A model generated the notes under the pieces. That model made no database searches and was not told the DNA's origin. It worked only from the letters and a program-made list of their open reading frames with translations. DNA of 64,000 nt, taken from Dimorphilus gyrociliatus (taxonomy: Eukaryota > Animalia > Annelida). The stretch's first letter is position 1. The number at the start of each line of letters is the position of its first letter. The translations under genes and the position numbers were made by a program. Positions 41,992 through 54,400 of the stretch are shown piece by piece. The stretch spans positions 1,364,001 through 1,428,000 of the forward strand of contig CAJFCJ010000003.1 in the NCBI GenBank assembly GCA_904063045.1. The letters run 5' to 3'.

Positions 41992-42626
41992 ATATATATA
42001 GACGCAGATATATTGCTTACGTAAAGAAGATGAGTAAAAGGTAAATTAATTAATGAACTTAAAAAAAGATTATAAACTATACAATAAAAAAAATATTTTA
42101 TTGAATGAAAAAAAGAAAACAAAGAGAGAAAAAAAAGAAACAAGAGGAAAAAATAATAATAGAATAAACGAAGAGATCTTTTCTCATTCTCCCTTTTTCT
42201 ATTAATAACGTATAATTTATTATTGAAAATAGGAATAATGACAATAATTTTTTGCCTTTAAAGGTATATTAAAACATTTAAAATGTTAAATTGTAACGAT
42301 ACGCTTGATAGCTAAAATTTCTGCTACATCTATTTATGTGAGTGTGTGTGAACCGACAGTTATTTCCAGACTATATAAGAGTTATATTACAAAGCAGCAG
42401 GAAGTGCGTGAAAGCACACGAAAAGAGCGATAAACCTCAGACTTTTTACATAACGTTACCTTTTTACTTCTTTCGTTTAGTGTGAATTAGAAAAGGATTA
42501 AATTAATATTGGATATACAACGAATATATTTTTTACATAGATAAGTTATTCCTATTCATTGATGACTAAAAATATACCGACACGACTATATTGTGTATAA
42601 TAACGGAAAGTACAGTTTTTATTTAG

Positions 42627-42659
<33 letters not shown>

Positions 42660-43161
42660 TGAAGATATTTACATTATAAATACATTGCATATTGCACAGA
42701 ATAAAATGATGACACTCCCTGAAGAGAATTAGAAATTGAAAATCCTTAGTTTTCTCGTAGGAAATGAATATACCTTATGTTAAGATTTATTGATTAGCAT
42801 TATTATAGATTAATGGTAAACATTTATTATGTTCTTGTTTTCATTTCGCCTATTTTTCAAAATGAATGAAATAATAACTACAAAGGATATGCTAAATACC
42901 TGTTTTATTGATAAAAAAAGCGTATTGCTATTCGTATTATAGCTTTTTCATTATGTATATAGTTTTTAAAAAATAATCTAGGCGTTTTGCAAAGATTTCT
43001 GAATATAACTTTCTCTTTTTCATCGACATAAAAGATAGTTAGGAAAGTATATAGGCCTACCTCTATTTATCTGTCGCGTTAGGGGGAAAAATTAATATTT
43101 CTCAACACCCTACTCTCTACCACCAGACGTCGCTTGGAAGACGAGCGTCTCTTACGGAGTT

Positions 43162-44432
43162 ATGGAGCCAACTTACAGCGTACTATTCTATTCGAATTCC
43201 ACTCAAAACTCTACTGAATGGCAAGAAACGCCTGTCTCCGTTTTCTCCGTTGTTGCAGGAATCTTACTAGCTTTTATCATAATTGGAACACTACTGGGCA
43301 ATTGTTTAGTTGTCGTGGCCGTCTGTTCGTTTCCAAAACTGCGAACGACTACAAATTATTTCGTCGTCTCCCTCGCTGTAGCTGATATTACTGTTGCTAT
43401 ACTGGTAATGCCGTATAGTTTGGTACTAGTTGTTCTACAAAGGTGGTTACTCGGATGGTTGTTTTGTTATTTTTGGATATCGTGCGACGTAACCTGCTGC
43501 ACTGCATCTATCCTGCATTTATGTGTCATTTCAGTTGACAGATATTTGGCTATTACAGAGCCGGGACGTGATTTAGGAATATTTAAATTACATAAATAAT
43601 TTTATAATAGGGTTCTTGACTAACATGTAATAGTAGATTAGTGTTGCGTTAAACTAATCGTTATTAAACTAACGATTCCATAAATTAGGTATCTAACTTA
43701 GACTTTATAGAGAATTTATTCCTCAATCTCGTCCATTAGCTCACGTATAAACAGAAAATGTCCAAAAGAAGAGCACTAGCAGGAATAGGAATTGTTTGGA
43801 CGGCCTCTTCAGCAATATCATTTGTGCCAATATATTTAGGTTGGTTTGCTTCAGAAGATTTTGAGCTTTACGTTGATAATCCTGAATGTGGATTAGATGT
43901 CAACCGTCCTTATGCTGTCATATCTTCCTTTACAAGTTTTTATGCGCCTCTGCTCGTTATGGTGGTTGTTTATTCAAAGATCTTCCGTATAGCCAGAGAA
44001 CAGGCTAGAGAAATAGCAAAACTAGAAAGGTTTGGTAATGGAGACAGATTAAGAAAAAAATCAAAAAAAATTAGCAGAGATGCTAAAGCTATAAAAACTT
44101 TGGGTACGTTAATGGGCTTATTTTGTATTTCTTGGCTTCCATTCTTCATAATGTACGTTGTCATGCCGTTTTGCAAGAACTGTCCTATGCCAGATGAAGT
44201 GGAGATGTTTATTACATGGCTGGGATACGCTAATTCTCTGATAAACCCTTGCGTTTATGCTTTCTTAAACAGAGACTTTAGATACGCTTTCGCTACAATA
44301 TTAAGGTGCAAACGATTTTGCGATCGTCGTTCCGACGTAGGACTGGTATTAGAACATCGTCATGTTCGTTTACCAACCTCCGATTGTGCTGCAGAACTTA
44401 TGGAGGAGAATCGAAGAGAAATGTCCTCCTAA
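43162..44432 (+). CDS. Class A biogenic-amine GPCR (D1-like dopamine or beta-adrenergic-like octopamine type); 2 exons, intron 43564-43739 with a GG donor
   Basis: GNCLV, SLAVAD, TM3 Asp (CDVTCCTASILHL), DRY, TM5 SSFTS serines, WLPFF and WLGYANSLINP..Y. The junction AITEP|LTYKQKM aligns without a gap to the amine-receptor ICL2 pattern. Confidence 0.9.
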
Positions 44433-45536
44433 CGCTTATCGCCAAAACCTCCAAAAGGATTATGTGGGAGCCTACGGCGAATTTGGAACTCTTTCTTCTT
44501 TCTGTGTTTTGTACCTCAAAAAAATGGACAATTAGTTTAAGTCTGACAAGTCCTCTTTACCTCGATCTAGAAAAGGTCAGAGACGTTTTGCATTTTAGGA
44601 AAGGTCTATATGACTGACTGCTAAAAGAAGTTTATAAGGAAGAGGAGAAGGATAAGGAACCTACTATCGTTATTAGAGTCAGTACAATCCAAAATCCATA
44701 AATTTATAGTGCGACTTAATTGTTAAGGGAGACGGCTCTTATATTTAACCTTAATAACTACTCGTTTTCTTCTCTCTTTTATTCCTACTTCGTTATACAG
44801 ACTACAGAAAGCATGCATATGTATACATACATCAATTTTTATGTTATATAAAGTTCCATCGTTTATACTAATTGAATAAGCAACTCAAACGAGAGGAAGA
44901 AACTTCTGCAGATTCTCAGGAAACTTTTGCAACGATTATCGTAAAAGTTCATCCTAACTTTTCTTTCAGTTTCCAAATAAAAGAGAGTAAATTTTTTCTT
45001 TTTTTTGGTGTTTTCTAATATGAAAATTTATAAGAAGAAAGAAACGAAATGATCAAAAGTTCTAACAGTCTTTCCTCTTACTTTTGTAACAAGTTACGTC
45101 AATATAACGAAAATCAGGCGTAACAAAGTTATCGGTATCTTTTGAGAGGACGTCATGATGCTCTCGACGAAACACGTCTTCTCACTTGGCTCATCTTGAC
45201 CTAATTAGACCCGTCACTCGATATCTAGGCTCTCGTATGCACGTACGTAATTAGCCTTGTCGAAATTAAATGAAAATACCGCAATACGCCATAACCACAT
45301 TTATAACCGAAATGATTCGATTACAGCCATTGAAATTGTCTAGAAAAAACAAACATTCATTGGAATTAATTATTTATGCATATATGTTTATGTATATAGT
45401 GTATATATTCTATATATATACATAAATAATTTATAGGATAATCAAGCTAGGATCTGTAAAAATTAAGCGCCTTTTTCAAATATCATGTTGCCTCCTCTAC
45501 TTAACAGTTGAGTTTTCATCCGTCAATTAATTGCTT

Positions 45537-45540
<4 letters not shown>

Positions 45541-45567
<27 letters not shown>
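45541..45567. repeat. (GA)n microsatellite
   Basis: About 13 AG units read directly. Confidence 0.9.
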
Positions 45568-45568
<1 letters not shown>

Positions 45569-46880
45569 ATAAATTAAAGTCTCTTACTTTTCTTATCTTC
45601 GTTTGTAATTGTTCGACTGTATAAGTGAATAAAGTTAAGTAGCCTACACTACCAGAAAAATGAAGAAAAATTGAGTCACGTAAACGTTAGTTAATCACGC
45701 GTCGTTAGGAAGCCCGCTTTCGACGCTGTGGATTGTTAGGCCTATCCTAAATAACGTTCGATACAATTTACACAAATAATGACGAATGTTTCTCCTTTCT
45801 CTAATCACTCGGACGGAAGACTATTTGCTCTTTGATCTTCGTTCTCTAGGTTTCTTTTTCGGAATACAACTTTTCTGGAAAAAAGTTCTCATCCGCTAGG
45901 CCTACCTTTTCGGGAATATCCGCTAAAAGCCAGTAGTCGAATGGGAAAACCGATATATGCCCCAGGGATATATATTGGCTTTTTATGAGTGGCGGAAGAG
46001 ATTGGGGAAGGAAAAATTAGATTGAACAGTTTTTTTTCTTAATTTTGCCTCCTTCAACCAACTTGACTAAAGAATTGTTTCATTATTTCTACAAAGGATG
46101 AAATCTGTTCGTATTTCTCTTTTACTGGCTTGTTTACTATAGAAAATATATTGAAAAGCTTCTGGAGGGCAAACTTTGATGAGCAAAATCATTGGACAAA
46201 AAAAAACTGATTATGATGGAGTACAATTTGCTAAACGTTTGCCAATCGAATAAGTAATAGAACGCATGCGTCAATGCCTAAATGAACCATAACTGAACAA
46301 TGAGAAAAGTCATATTCCAATTCTTTTCAGCTTTTTAGTCGTTAATCTAAAAAAAGAAACTCCTCATTATTGCGATTTCAAAATACCATTTAATTAAACA
46401 AAAGTTATCTAGAAAAATGATAGAAAAAGAGAAACAAATATACAAAAAACAAACACCCTGCTGATTAGCACTTACCGATACAAACCATGTCGGAAGCTTA
46501 TTACAATTGCTATTCCACTTAAATAAACGAATTATATACATGCTTATATATAGATAGAAACGGTTAAAAGTTGGTTGCAAGCCGTAAACGAATCTAAAAT
46601 AGTCGATTTATTTATCAAACTGCATTTAATTAAAAGTTAACACTTTTAATCAAAGATTAATAATGACGAAGAACATACCAGGGAGCTTTACTATATATAA
46701 ATATTGCTTAGAATCTGTGGATGCTTACAGGAAGAGTGTACAAAATTGTTAATCTGTAATAATTAAACCTCATTTAATACAAATAATTCATGTTTATTTA
46801 GCTAATGCTTATAATTTGTGTAATTCAGTTTTAATTAAATTTGGAAGATCGAGAAATTAAACCAAGTGCGAACAACTTTA

Positions 46881-48639
46881 CTAATTCACATTAGTCATAG
46901 ATGAATCCGTCAGACTAGGAGTTTTCAAAAGACTCCTTTGTAAGATATTATTATGGGTATTATCGATTGCGTAATCAATCGTGTGCAGCTTGGGTATGAC
47001 GAATGCAGATTGACCGATATTGTAAGGTCTACTATTTTCAACGAAAGAATGAAAGGATGTGTAGACATTCTTTAACTCCTTTTCAACCCTCTTTTTGCTG
47101 TCTTTTACTCTCTCTATCTCTATCTTGGTTTCCTCGGATAGCTGCCTCTCTTTATCCAGGATTTCCTTGAGCCCTACCAACTTTCTATCCATTTCTTCCT
47201 TCAGGCATTTCAGCCTGATTTCCGCAACCGCCTCCTCCTGTACTCTAACTGAAGTGTCTGTCGCCTGCAATTGGTAAAGGTACTCTTCCTCAAGATTTTT
47301 CAATTCTATTAATTTATTTTTTTCAGCCTCTTCTAGTAGCTTCTTTGTATTTTCTTCTGCTGCTCTATACAGGTTAACATAAAGAAGATGCTTGTTAGAT
47401 GGGCCAAAAAAAAGCTTGTTTAATCTTATAAAAAGGCCTATACTTTCTAACTTAATCGTATTTACTTAGCTGCAATTTCGGCTTTCTGGACAGCCGCTTG
47501 CCTTTCTTCTTCTCTTGCTTTTAAAACTGCCTTTTTCAAATCAGCAAGCCATCTGTCATGAAAAAGAGAAAGTTAACGAAAAGTTTTAATTGCTTTCTAT
47601 TTCTTCATTCTAAAGGATTACTTTCTTTTAAAAAAAAAAAGAGAGAAAATTGAAAAAATTGTCTGCAACGCATGCGCAGTAAAAAACTTAATTAAAGTTG
47701 TTGGCTTAAGTGAGAAAATTGAAAACCGTAGGATTTGAACAGAAGTTACAGGAAAATAAGTGGATCAATTCGATCCACTGCATTCGCTATTGGGTTACAA
47801 ATCGAAGCTAACGTTCGATATTAAGTTGCTGTATAAAAATTTCATTGTTCTTTAAACGAATGCACGAATTATAGAATAAAGAGAGTTAAAGAAATCTTTC
47901 CTTCTTAAATGTAAATAAATTTTTATTTTGGAGGAGTTAAATTAACCTTTTATCAGCTTCGGCAACGGCCTCTTTTAACCTTCTTTCCCCATTGACTTTC
48001 TCTTCTTGAACTGCGTCAGAGATGGCTTCTTCTATCCTAGCTTCAGCTCTAGCTACCGCTTCTCTTACCTTGCTGGACTGTAGCTTTTCAACTTTCTTTA
48101 AGAGTTTTTCGTATTCAGCTTTCGTCGACTCAATGGCTTTTTCAACCGCCCTTATACGAATCGTTTCCGCTTCAGCCCAAACGGCTTCTTCTGCAGCTCT
48201 AACGGCATTTTCTCTGGATTCCTCTTCCTCTGCAGTCATTTTCTCTGTTAAACTCTTTCCCAAATCAACAATATCCTTATGTGTAGCGTCTTTAATTCCG
48301 AAAGGGATCCGACTGTGTTCGTAACGTAGTGGAACGCCATCATACACAGTTCTGGGACCAATCGTAGATAACCCAGTTGGTGGGGGTGGGGGAGGTAATT
48401 CAGGTAATTTACCTCCAATTTCTAAAGCAATCTTAGTATTCTCTCTTCTAGGCGTTTTTTTTGACCTCTTTGTATTTTCTCTACCTATACATATCAAAAA
48501 ATTGACAAAGGGTTGATCAGGTCATAATAAAGCAAATATTGGCCTAATTATGTAATTGACAAAGTATAAGATAATTAGATAAGATATTATACTTACTGTA
48601 AACAGGTAAAGTTGACGATCTTCCGACTTTGAGAGGCAT
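46881..48639 (-). CDS. C6orf163: Coiled-coil protein similar to C6orf163, 4 or more exons; true start uncertain
   Basis: THKDIVDLG..AEEAVWAEA..AVEKA resembles human C6orf163 THKDILDIG..AEAEVWAQA..AVEKA, and C-terminal FHSFVEN..GQSAFVIP resembles FQKYIN..GHADFILP. Exons 48597-48639, 47946-48485, 47467-47553 and 46881-47365 (approximate) join by GT-AG. Confidence 0.7.
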
Positions 48640-50697
48640 TTTCTTTTTGGGAGTTTGTTTTCGAAACCGATCCTACCGACTTGTTCGACTATTGATTTTA
48701 GATAATCCAAGAGAGAAAAGCAATAACATTACAATACTTGGCTATTGAGAAAACGATCTACAATCGTTTAAAATGCTACAGTATTTACAATTATATAATA
48801 ATTTACTAAACGGAGGGAGTAGGGAGGTGGCGAATCAACGTGAACAAACCCCAATGTTAGTCTTTCCGGAGAGGAAGGAGCTTAAGCGCAAAAAATATAT
48901 AATAAAATAGGAAAAGAAAAGAAAGTCCTTCAACCTTCAACTCGGTAAAAGAAAAAAAGCCATATAAAAGTATCCAAGTCTGACTTATCTAGACTCCGTA
49001 GCCGGCTGATTGCTTTGATGTTGGCGATATGAAAAAAAAGGCCAGATACGAAAAAATGTATTGGTTTTTTTTAATATTTCTGTGGATTGTTCATATAGGA
49101 TGAACGACCGATTCGTTTATTGACTTTTTATAATGATTTTTTTCTCTATCTAATTCCCTTTATTCTTAATATTCTACCTCTTTCTCTATCCACTCTCCAT
49201 TTTCATCCCATAGTATGCCATCCCAAGGGTTAATCAACCTAATCGTATACCACCAATAGACAGAAATTACAACAGAATTTCTTGGTTTATTCGATAGTTT
49301 CGAAAGAAAATATGAATTGAAAGATGAGGATAAAAAGAGAAATTACTCGAATTAATAGACAAAATATTTCAGACTAAGAGTTTTACTTAATATTTACTTC
49401 ATTTGGTTAATTGAAAGATATCCATATATAAATATCAAGAGACTTTTATAGCATATATACTTTGTGTATCTTAAATAAAGAAATCTATACGAATATATAT
49501 ATATGGTATAAATAAGGTAAATAATTGCATATAATTGTATTTTAATAAATAGAGAATAACTAAAAATTACGTAAAAAGAATCTCTTTGACGAGAATGACT
49601 CCATCTGCTTTGTAATCGGATCTTTGGTTAAACTGCTTAATTATTAGAGCTTTTTTTTTCTAGATTTTATGCATTAATATACTTATTAACTTATCTTCTA
49701 ATAGAATTTCCTCTTATAATTTTAACTATTCCAATAGATTCTGAAAGGCATTGTCCGTTTAATTGGATTATTTATTCGAATTGTCTTTTGAACTAATGGA
49801 ATAAAAACATAAACATATATAAATTTTCTATATATATACTGTATACTGTATATATATATATATAAATATATCTTCTTACGTAAATATCACACAAAAACAA
49901 ACTACTACGGAGAAAATAACAATATGTTATATAAGAATGATAATGCATCAAGTATAGAATGTATTTCTAATTTTTTCAAACTAGATTTCCATTCATACAA
50001 GTTCTTTAAAAATATTTTGTAACCTTCGGGCTTGTCATATCAAGTATTTTTTTTCCAATAGTTATACAGACGGAGAGAATGAAGAAGAAAAGAAAGAATC
50101 CATTATTTCTTCGTCCTTATTTTTCCAGTCGATGTAGGTTGTTTTTCTCTCTTTCGATAATAAATGTGATTCACAATAGTTATGCTTGGAGCGTAAATAA
50201 TAATGCTGGGTTCAGATATGATTTTGAAGGCTCAATATGTACTTCTACTATACTTGTAATAGTAACAAACTGCCATTTCTCCTCTCTTTCTTCTTTCGTC
50301 AATCCTCCTTAGCTGAAAGCGTAATTATATTTCTTCAATGGATGCTTTTTGGAAATGGTGTTGAGTAAGCCGACATTGGAATGCGGAAAGAACGTAACCT
50401 TTGAATCAGGTTTTTTTTCACCATTATTTACTATTTTGAAAACCTACCCATCTGTCTCTTTTCGATAAGAGATTAAAGAATTTCTCTTCTATACTTTAGT
50501 TCCCCTCTTTTAGAAACTGTTTGCCAATTGCAAAACTCCCAACATCTAACCTCTTCAAGTCTTAAGTGTATTAATGGGTGTTGCGTCCCAAAACTAGATC
50601 GAAAGAGAATGTATTGAAAAAAAAAACAATTATCATATTTAAAAGCAGTTATCAACTTGGTAAAGATCATTCCCATAAACTTTTCCAACCTTTTCAT
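48593..50697 (-). other. Chain of short, phase-compatible candidate exons (unannotated gene or 5' extension of C6orf163-like)
   Basis: GT-AG-flanked blocks 50551-50593, 50271-50312, 50068-50184, 49571-49632 and 49178-49238 splice into one stop-free frame. Blocks were hand-picked; no homolog recognised. Confidence 0.35.
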
Positions 50698-51429
50698 GCC
50701 ATAGAATTTAGTTTGTTTTGAAATTAAAGCCCTTTAGTACTATAATAAAAAGAGGCCTTGTCATGGAAGACAATAACTCTTTGCCTGATGAATAGTGAAG
50801 AATTTACAAGTTATGCACTGTTAGTCGAATGAAAGCTGTAACGATCGATTATCATTTAATACCTAAATAATTCGTGTATTCTTCCATCACTAATAGAATA
50901 TAACTAGGTACAATAGATCAAGGAAAAGTTGGGTACCATTTAGGGTATAAAAATAATGTTTCTATCATAAACAACGGTGGAAGATAGCTTTTAATTCTTT
51001 ATATTACGGGTAACGTTGGGAAATAATTGCTTCTAAGAGCGTGCAAATGAAAATTTGTAATGATTTTCTTGATAATTTCAACTAAAAAATATTGTATTCC
51101 TTTTTCAGAAAGGGTTTTGTGTCCCCTCAGACTATAAAAGGAGCAAAACGGTTTTTCTTTTTCAAAGGATTTTTTTGGTAATATAAAGGATGAAGGAATT
51201 TTGTTAAAGGAAGAATATGAGGTAGGGTCATAAGCTACTATAGATCTAAAATAAATTAATAAACTTAGGAAATAGATGATCAGAGAACTGATCCTATGTA
51301 ATAATTAAGCAAATTAGTCAAATTATCTATGTAGGAAAAAGATGTATTTCTATATCTTGTACAGCTTAAAGAAAGAAGGAAAAAGAAACAACTATCTGAT
51401 TAACAATAAAATCACAGGATTCTTTTTCT

Positions 51430-54400
51430 CTAGTACTTTTCGATGTTAGAGGGTGCCTTGGTAGCTATCGGATCCGCTAGAGAAGTTACGGATATCGAAA
51501 GTTGGGGAATCATCCTCGGTTCCATATCCGCTTCCATTTCCGTCTTCCGCGAGATTGATAAACTCTCTGTTCCGCGATCGTCCAACAGCTGTTCCTTTCC
51601 TCCTGTTGGCGTGGAAATTTGTATGAAGCTGACAGCCTTTCGAGAACTAGACAGTGACGTTCGTTGTTCGCTACTTAACGATACCGACGACGTCCTTCTC
51701 AACCGATGCCGTCTGCTGTTATGTGAAATATGATGTTGTTTTTAAAGAGATTTGTTTTTTGTTGAACATCAGTCTTTTCTCCGATATTATCAATATTATT
51801 ATTTGTTAAAATATAACTAATTATACTACAAATTATATAATTTTAATAATCAAAAATTCTAAGCTAAACAGCATGCTAAAAGCTCTTTATTTAATATACG
51901 ATATAGTTTTTTATCCCAATGCACAAAAATGCACTAAACTGACCAATATAATAAAAAATAGCCCAATCTTGACTATCCCTTTTTTTAAACCAATCATTAT
52001 TCAGTTCAAAGCAATTTTTATAAAGATATTTATGATAAAACGAGAATGAAAAGCAATAAAAAGCTGTTGACGTAGTAGGTTTAATTTATGTCAAGTTTAA
52101 AGACAAATCTAAATAAAATGGTCGTCTATGTGTTTTACTTTGAGGGCTTCAGGTAAGGCCAGCACCCAAGTGCCAGTCTTTATAGAGAAAAAAGTGATAA
52201 AATGAGCAAATCGATGACAGATTTTAGATATTAAATGACACCTTAATCAAACGCGTCAACTTGTTAACAATACACTGCTGCTCTCCTTAACATAAAAACA
52301 ATACACAAAGAAAAAAAGAACTAAATAGAAAAATTAAATTAGATAGTAAATTATATTTAGATATATCCAGTACATATATATATATATATATATATATACA
52401 AATATATAAAAATACCCCAATATCTTTACTATAAATCGCTATATACGGTATTTGTTATATATAGATATTGCCGTTAAATTCTATATATAAATCTATGCGT
52501 ATCACATCGCATACAGAATATATAACTATATAATATTGAATATATTTAAAAGCTATATTTGATAAATATTTTAATTCAGTACGCAGTATCAATTACTTGA
52601 AATTTTAGTCATCAATTTCACACTAGCTTAAATTTAATAACTTGAACTTTGGCAACTATCACGCTATATTTAACTTTTATTTCAAAAAATTCCTAGTCGC
52701 GTTGTAACCGAATATCAATTTTTTTATAGTTGGTATAAAGGTTAATAAATAATAGAAAATGTTTCGTTACCTAAGAAAAAATTGCTTTTAAACGCATAAA
52801 ACGAGAAAAGAAAGATTTTGCAAATAGTATGTATATTACATTGACTGGACTAATAATAGGGGCTTTTTATAATGCAAATAATCCATCTAATATTACCAGT
52901 AGTCTCTTTTTCATCTTTTAACGATATAACAGAATTCTCTATGTGAAAGAAACAGCTCTATATTAGCAAGCAGCCCTAAATTACAACTATTTAGTAGTGG
53001 TTAACAAAACTAAATAGATTAAAAAAACAATGAAAGGAATAATAAAAAGGGGGAACGAAAGGTTTTGAACGGAATAGTCAAGCATAAGTACCAAAACTAA
53101 TTAATATATAGGATTCAAGGCAAACAAAATCGATCCATGTAAAATAAAAAAAGATATATATATAAAAAAGGAACCAAAACCAACGATAAATCAACGAAAA
53201 AAAAAGCATTGCCATTGCACTCTTACTTAAAAATCATGCACCGAGGAAAGACTGATTGTTTCCAATTTTATCAAATTACTCGAATTTCACTTGATTTTGA
53301 CAAGGCGAGCTGTTTCAATGAAGTAAAGATTTTCACAACGATCATTCCACAGAACCACAGACGTTATTTTATATATATATATATATTGTTTGATATTCTT
53401 GGGAAAATATGAATGAAAAAAGTATATACATAGATATTCTATATATATTCATATACACTATATGCTGTTCTGAAGAATATAGGCATGTTATTTTTATATC
53501 TTTCGGTCTGAGTGTTTCCAATTAGGTATATACAATACCTTGTATAAAAATATAAATTATAAAACATTTCATAAGAAAATTAGTTATAATCGATAAATAG
53601 AAGTTTTCCTTTGTTTTGTTGTGACCGGTAAGTTACAAAGGACGAAGAAATAGCCGAAAATGTGGGTGGGATAAAAAAGTATATAAAAAATTTGTATAAT
53701 ACGGTTAGTTACTTACGCGCTGCAAACAATAACCAAAGTTGCGAATGAGGCTGATAATACAGTGAAGATGGCTATAAGTATTCTCCAAACTAACTTTGAC
53801 ATTCTCCAATCAGGAGATGCCAGCTTCGACAAGTTTTGAATTTCATTTGTAGTTACACTCTCAATTCCTGCGCACCAACAAACAGAAAACAACCAACTTG
53901 CGTCAACCACGTAGACGTTTGTTGAAATATTATTATATTTATAAGCTTTAAGATCTTCTCCATATCTGGATACAATATGCTGATAATTAACCAAATCTAT
54001 TTTCTTTTCTTTCAATTCTTCAACAGTTTGATATCCACTTTTTCCCTCTCCAACTAATGTAAATTCAATTGGTTTTGAAGTTTTAGCAGATTCTAACCAC
54101 CAAACATTTCTTTTGGGAAGTTTTGAATTTTCAATAATTTCTCTAGCTTGATCATTGAAGTGTATGTCACGCATTTTCGTTTCTTCACTTGTAGCGTTCT
54201 TCCCATCACAAGCAGTTGATCTATTCAAATCAAACAATATACTCACATTTGCCTTTGTCGCTAAATCGACTAAATCGCTTAAGCGAGGTATCTTTTGTTT
54301 CCTAATTTCCGCTTTTTCAACATCTGTTAAAGAGCTCTTAGTGCGAAAAGGATCTTGTTCCAAAAACCAGGAACCTGCATCCAAGGTTTCAATAAATGAG

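Noticed and set aside
44433-44700. Stop-codon readthrough or frameshift extension of the GPCR (35 open codons after TAA-C; coding-looking EVYKEEEKDKEP after a TGA-CTG)
   Set aside because: TAA is an inefficient readthrough codon, the stretches are in different frames, and there is no conservation evidence.
47670-47820. NRF1-like ACGCATGCGCA and two small hairpins in a C6orf163-like intron as an ncRNA or internal promoter
   Set aside because: The stems are only 6-7 bp with no recognisable RNA-family motifs, so it cannot be supported from sequence alone.
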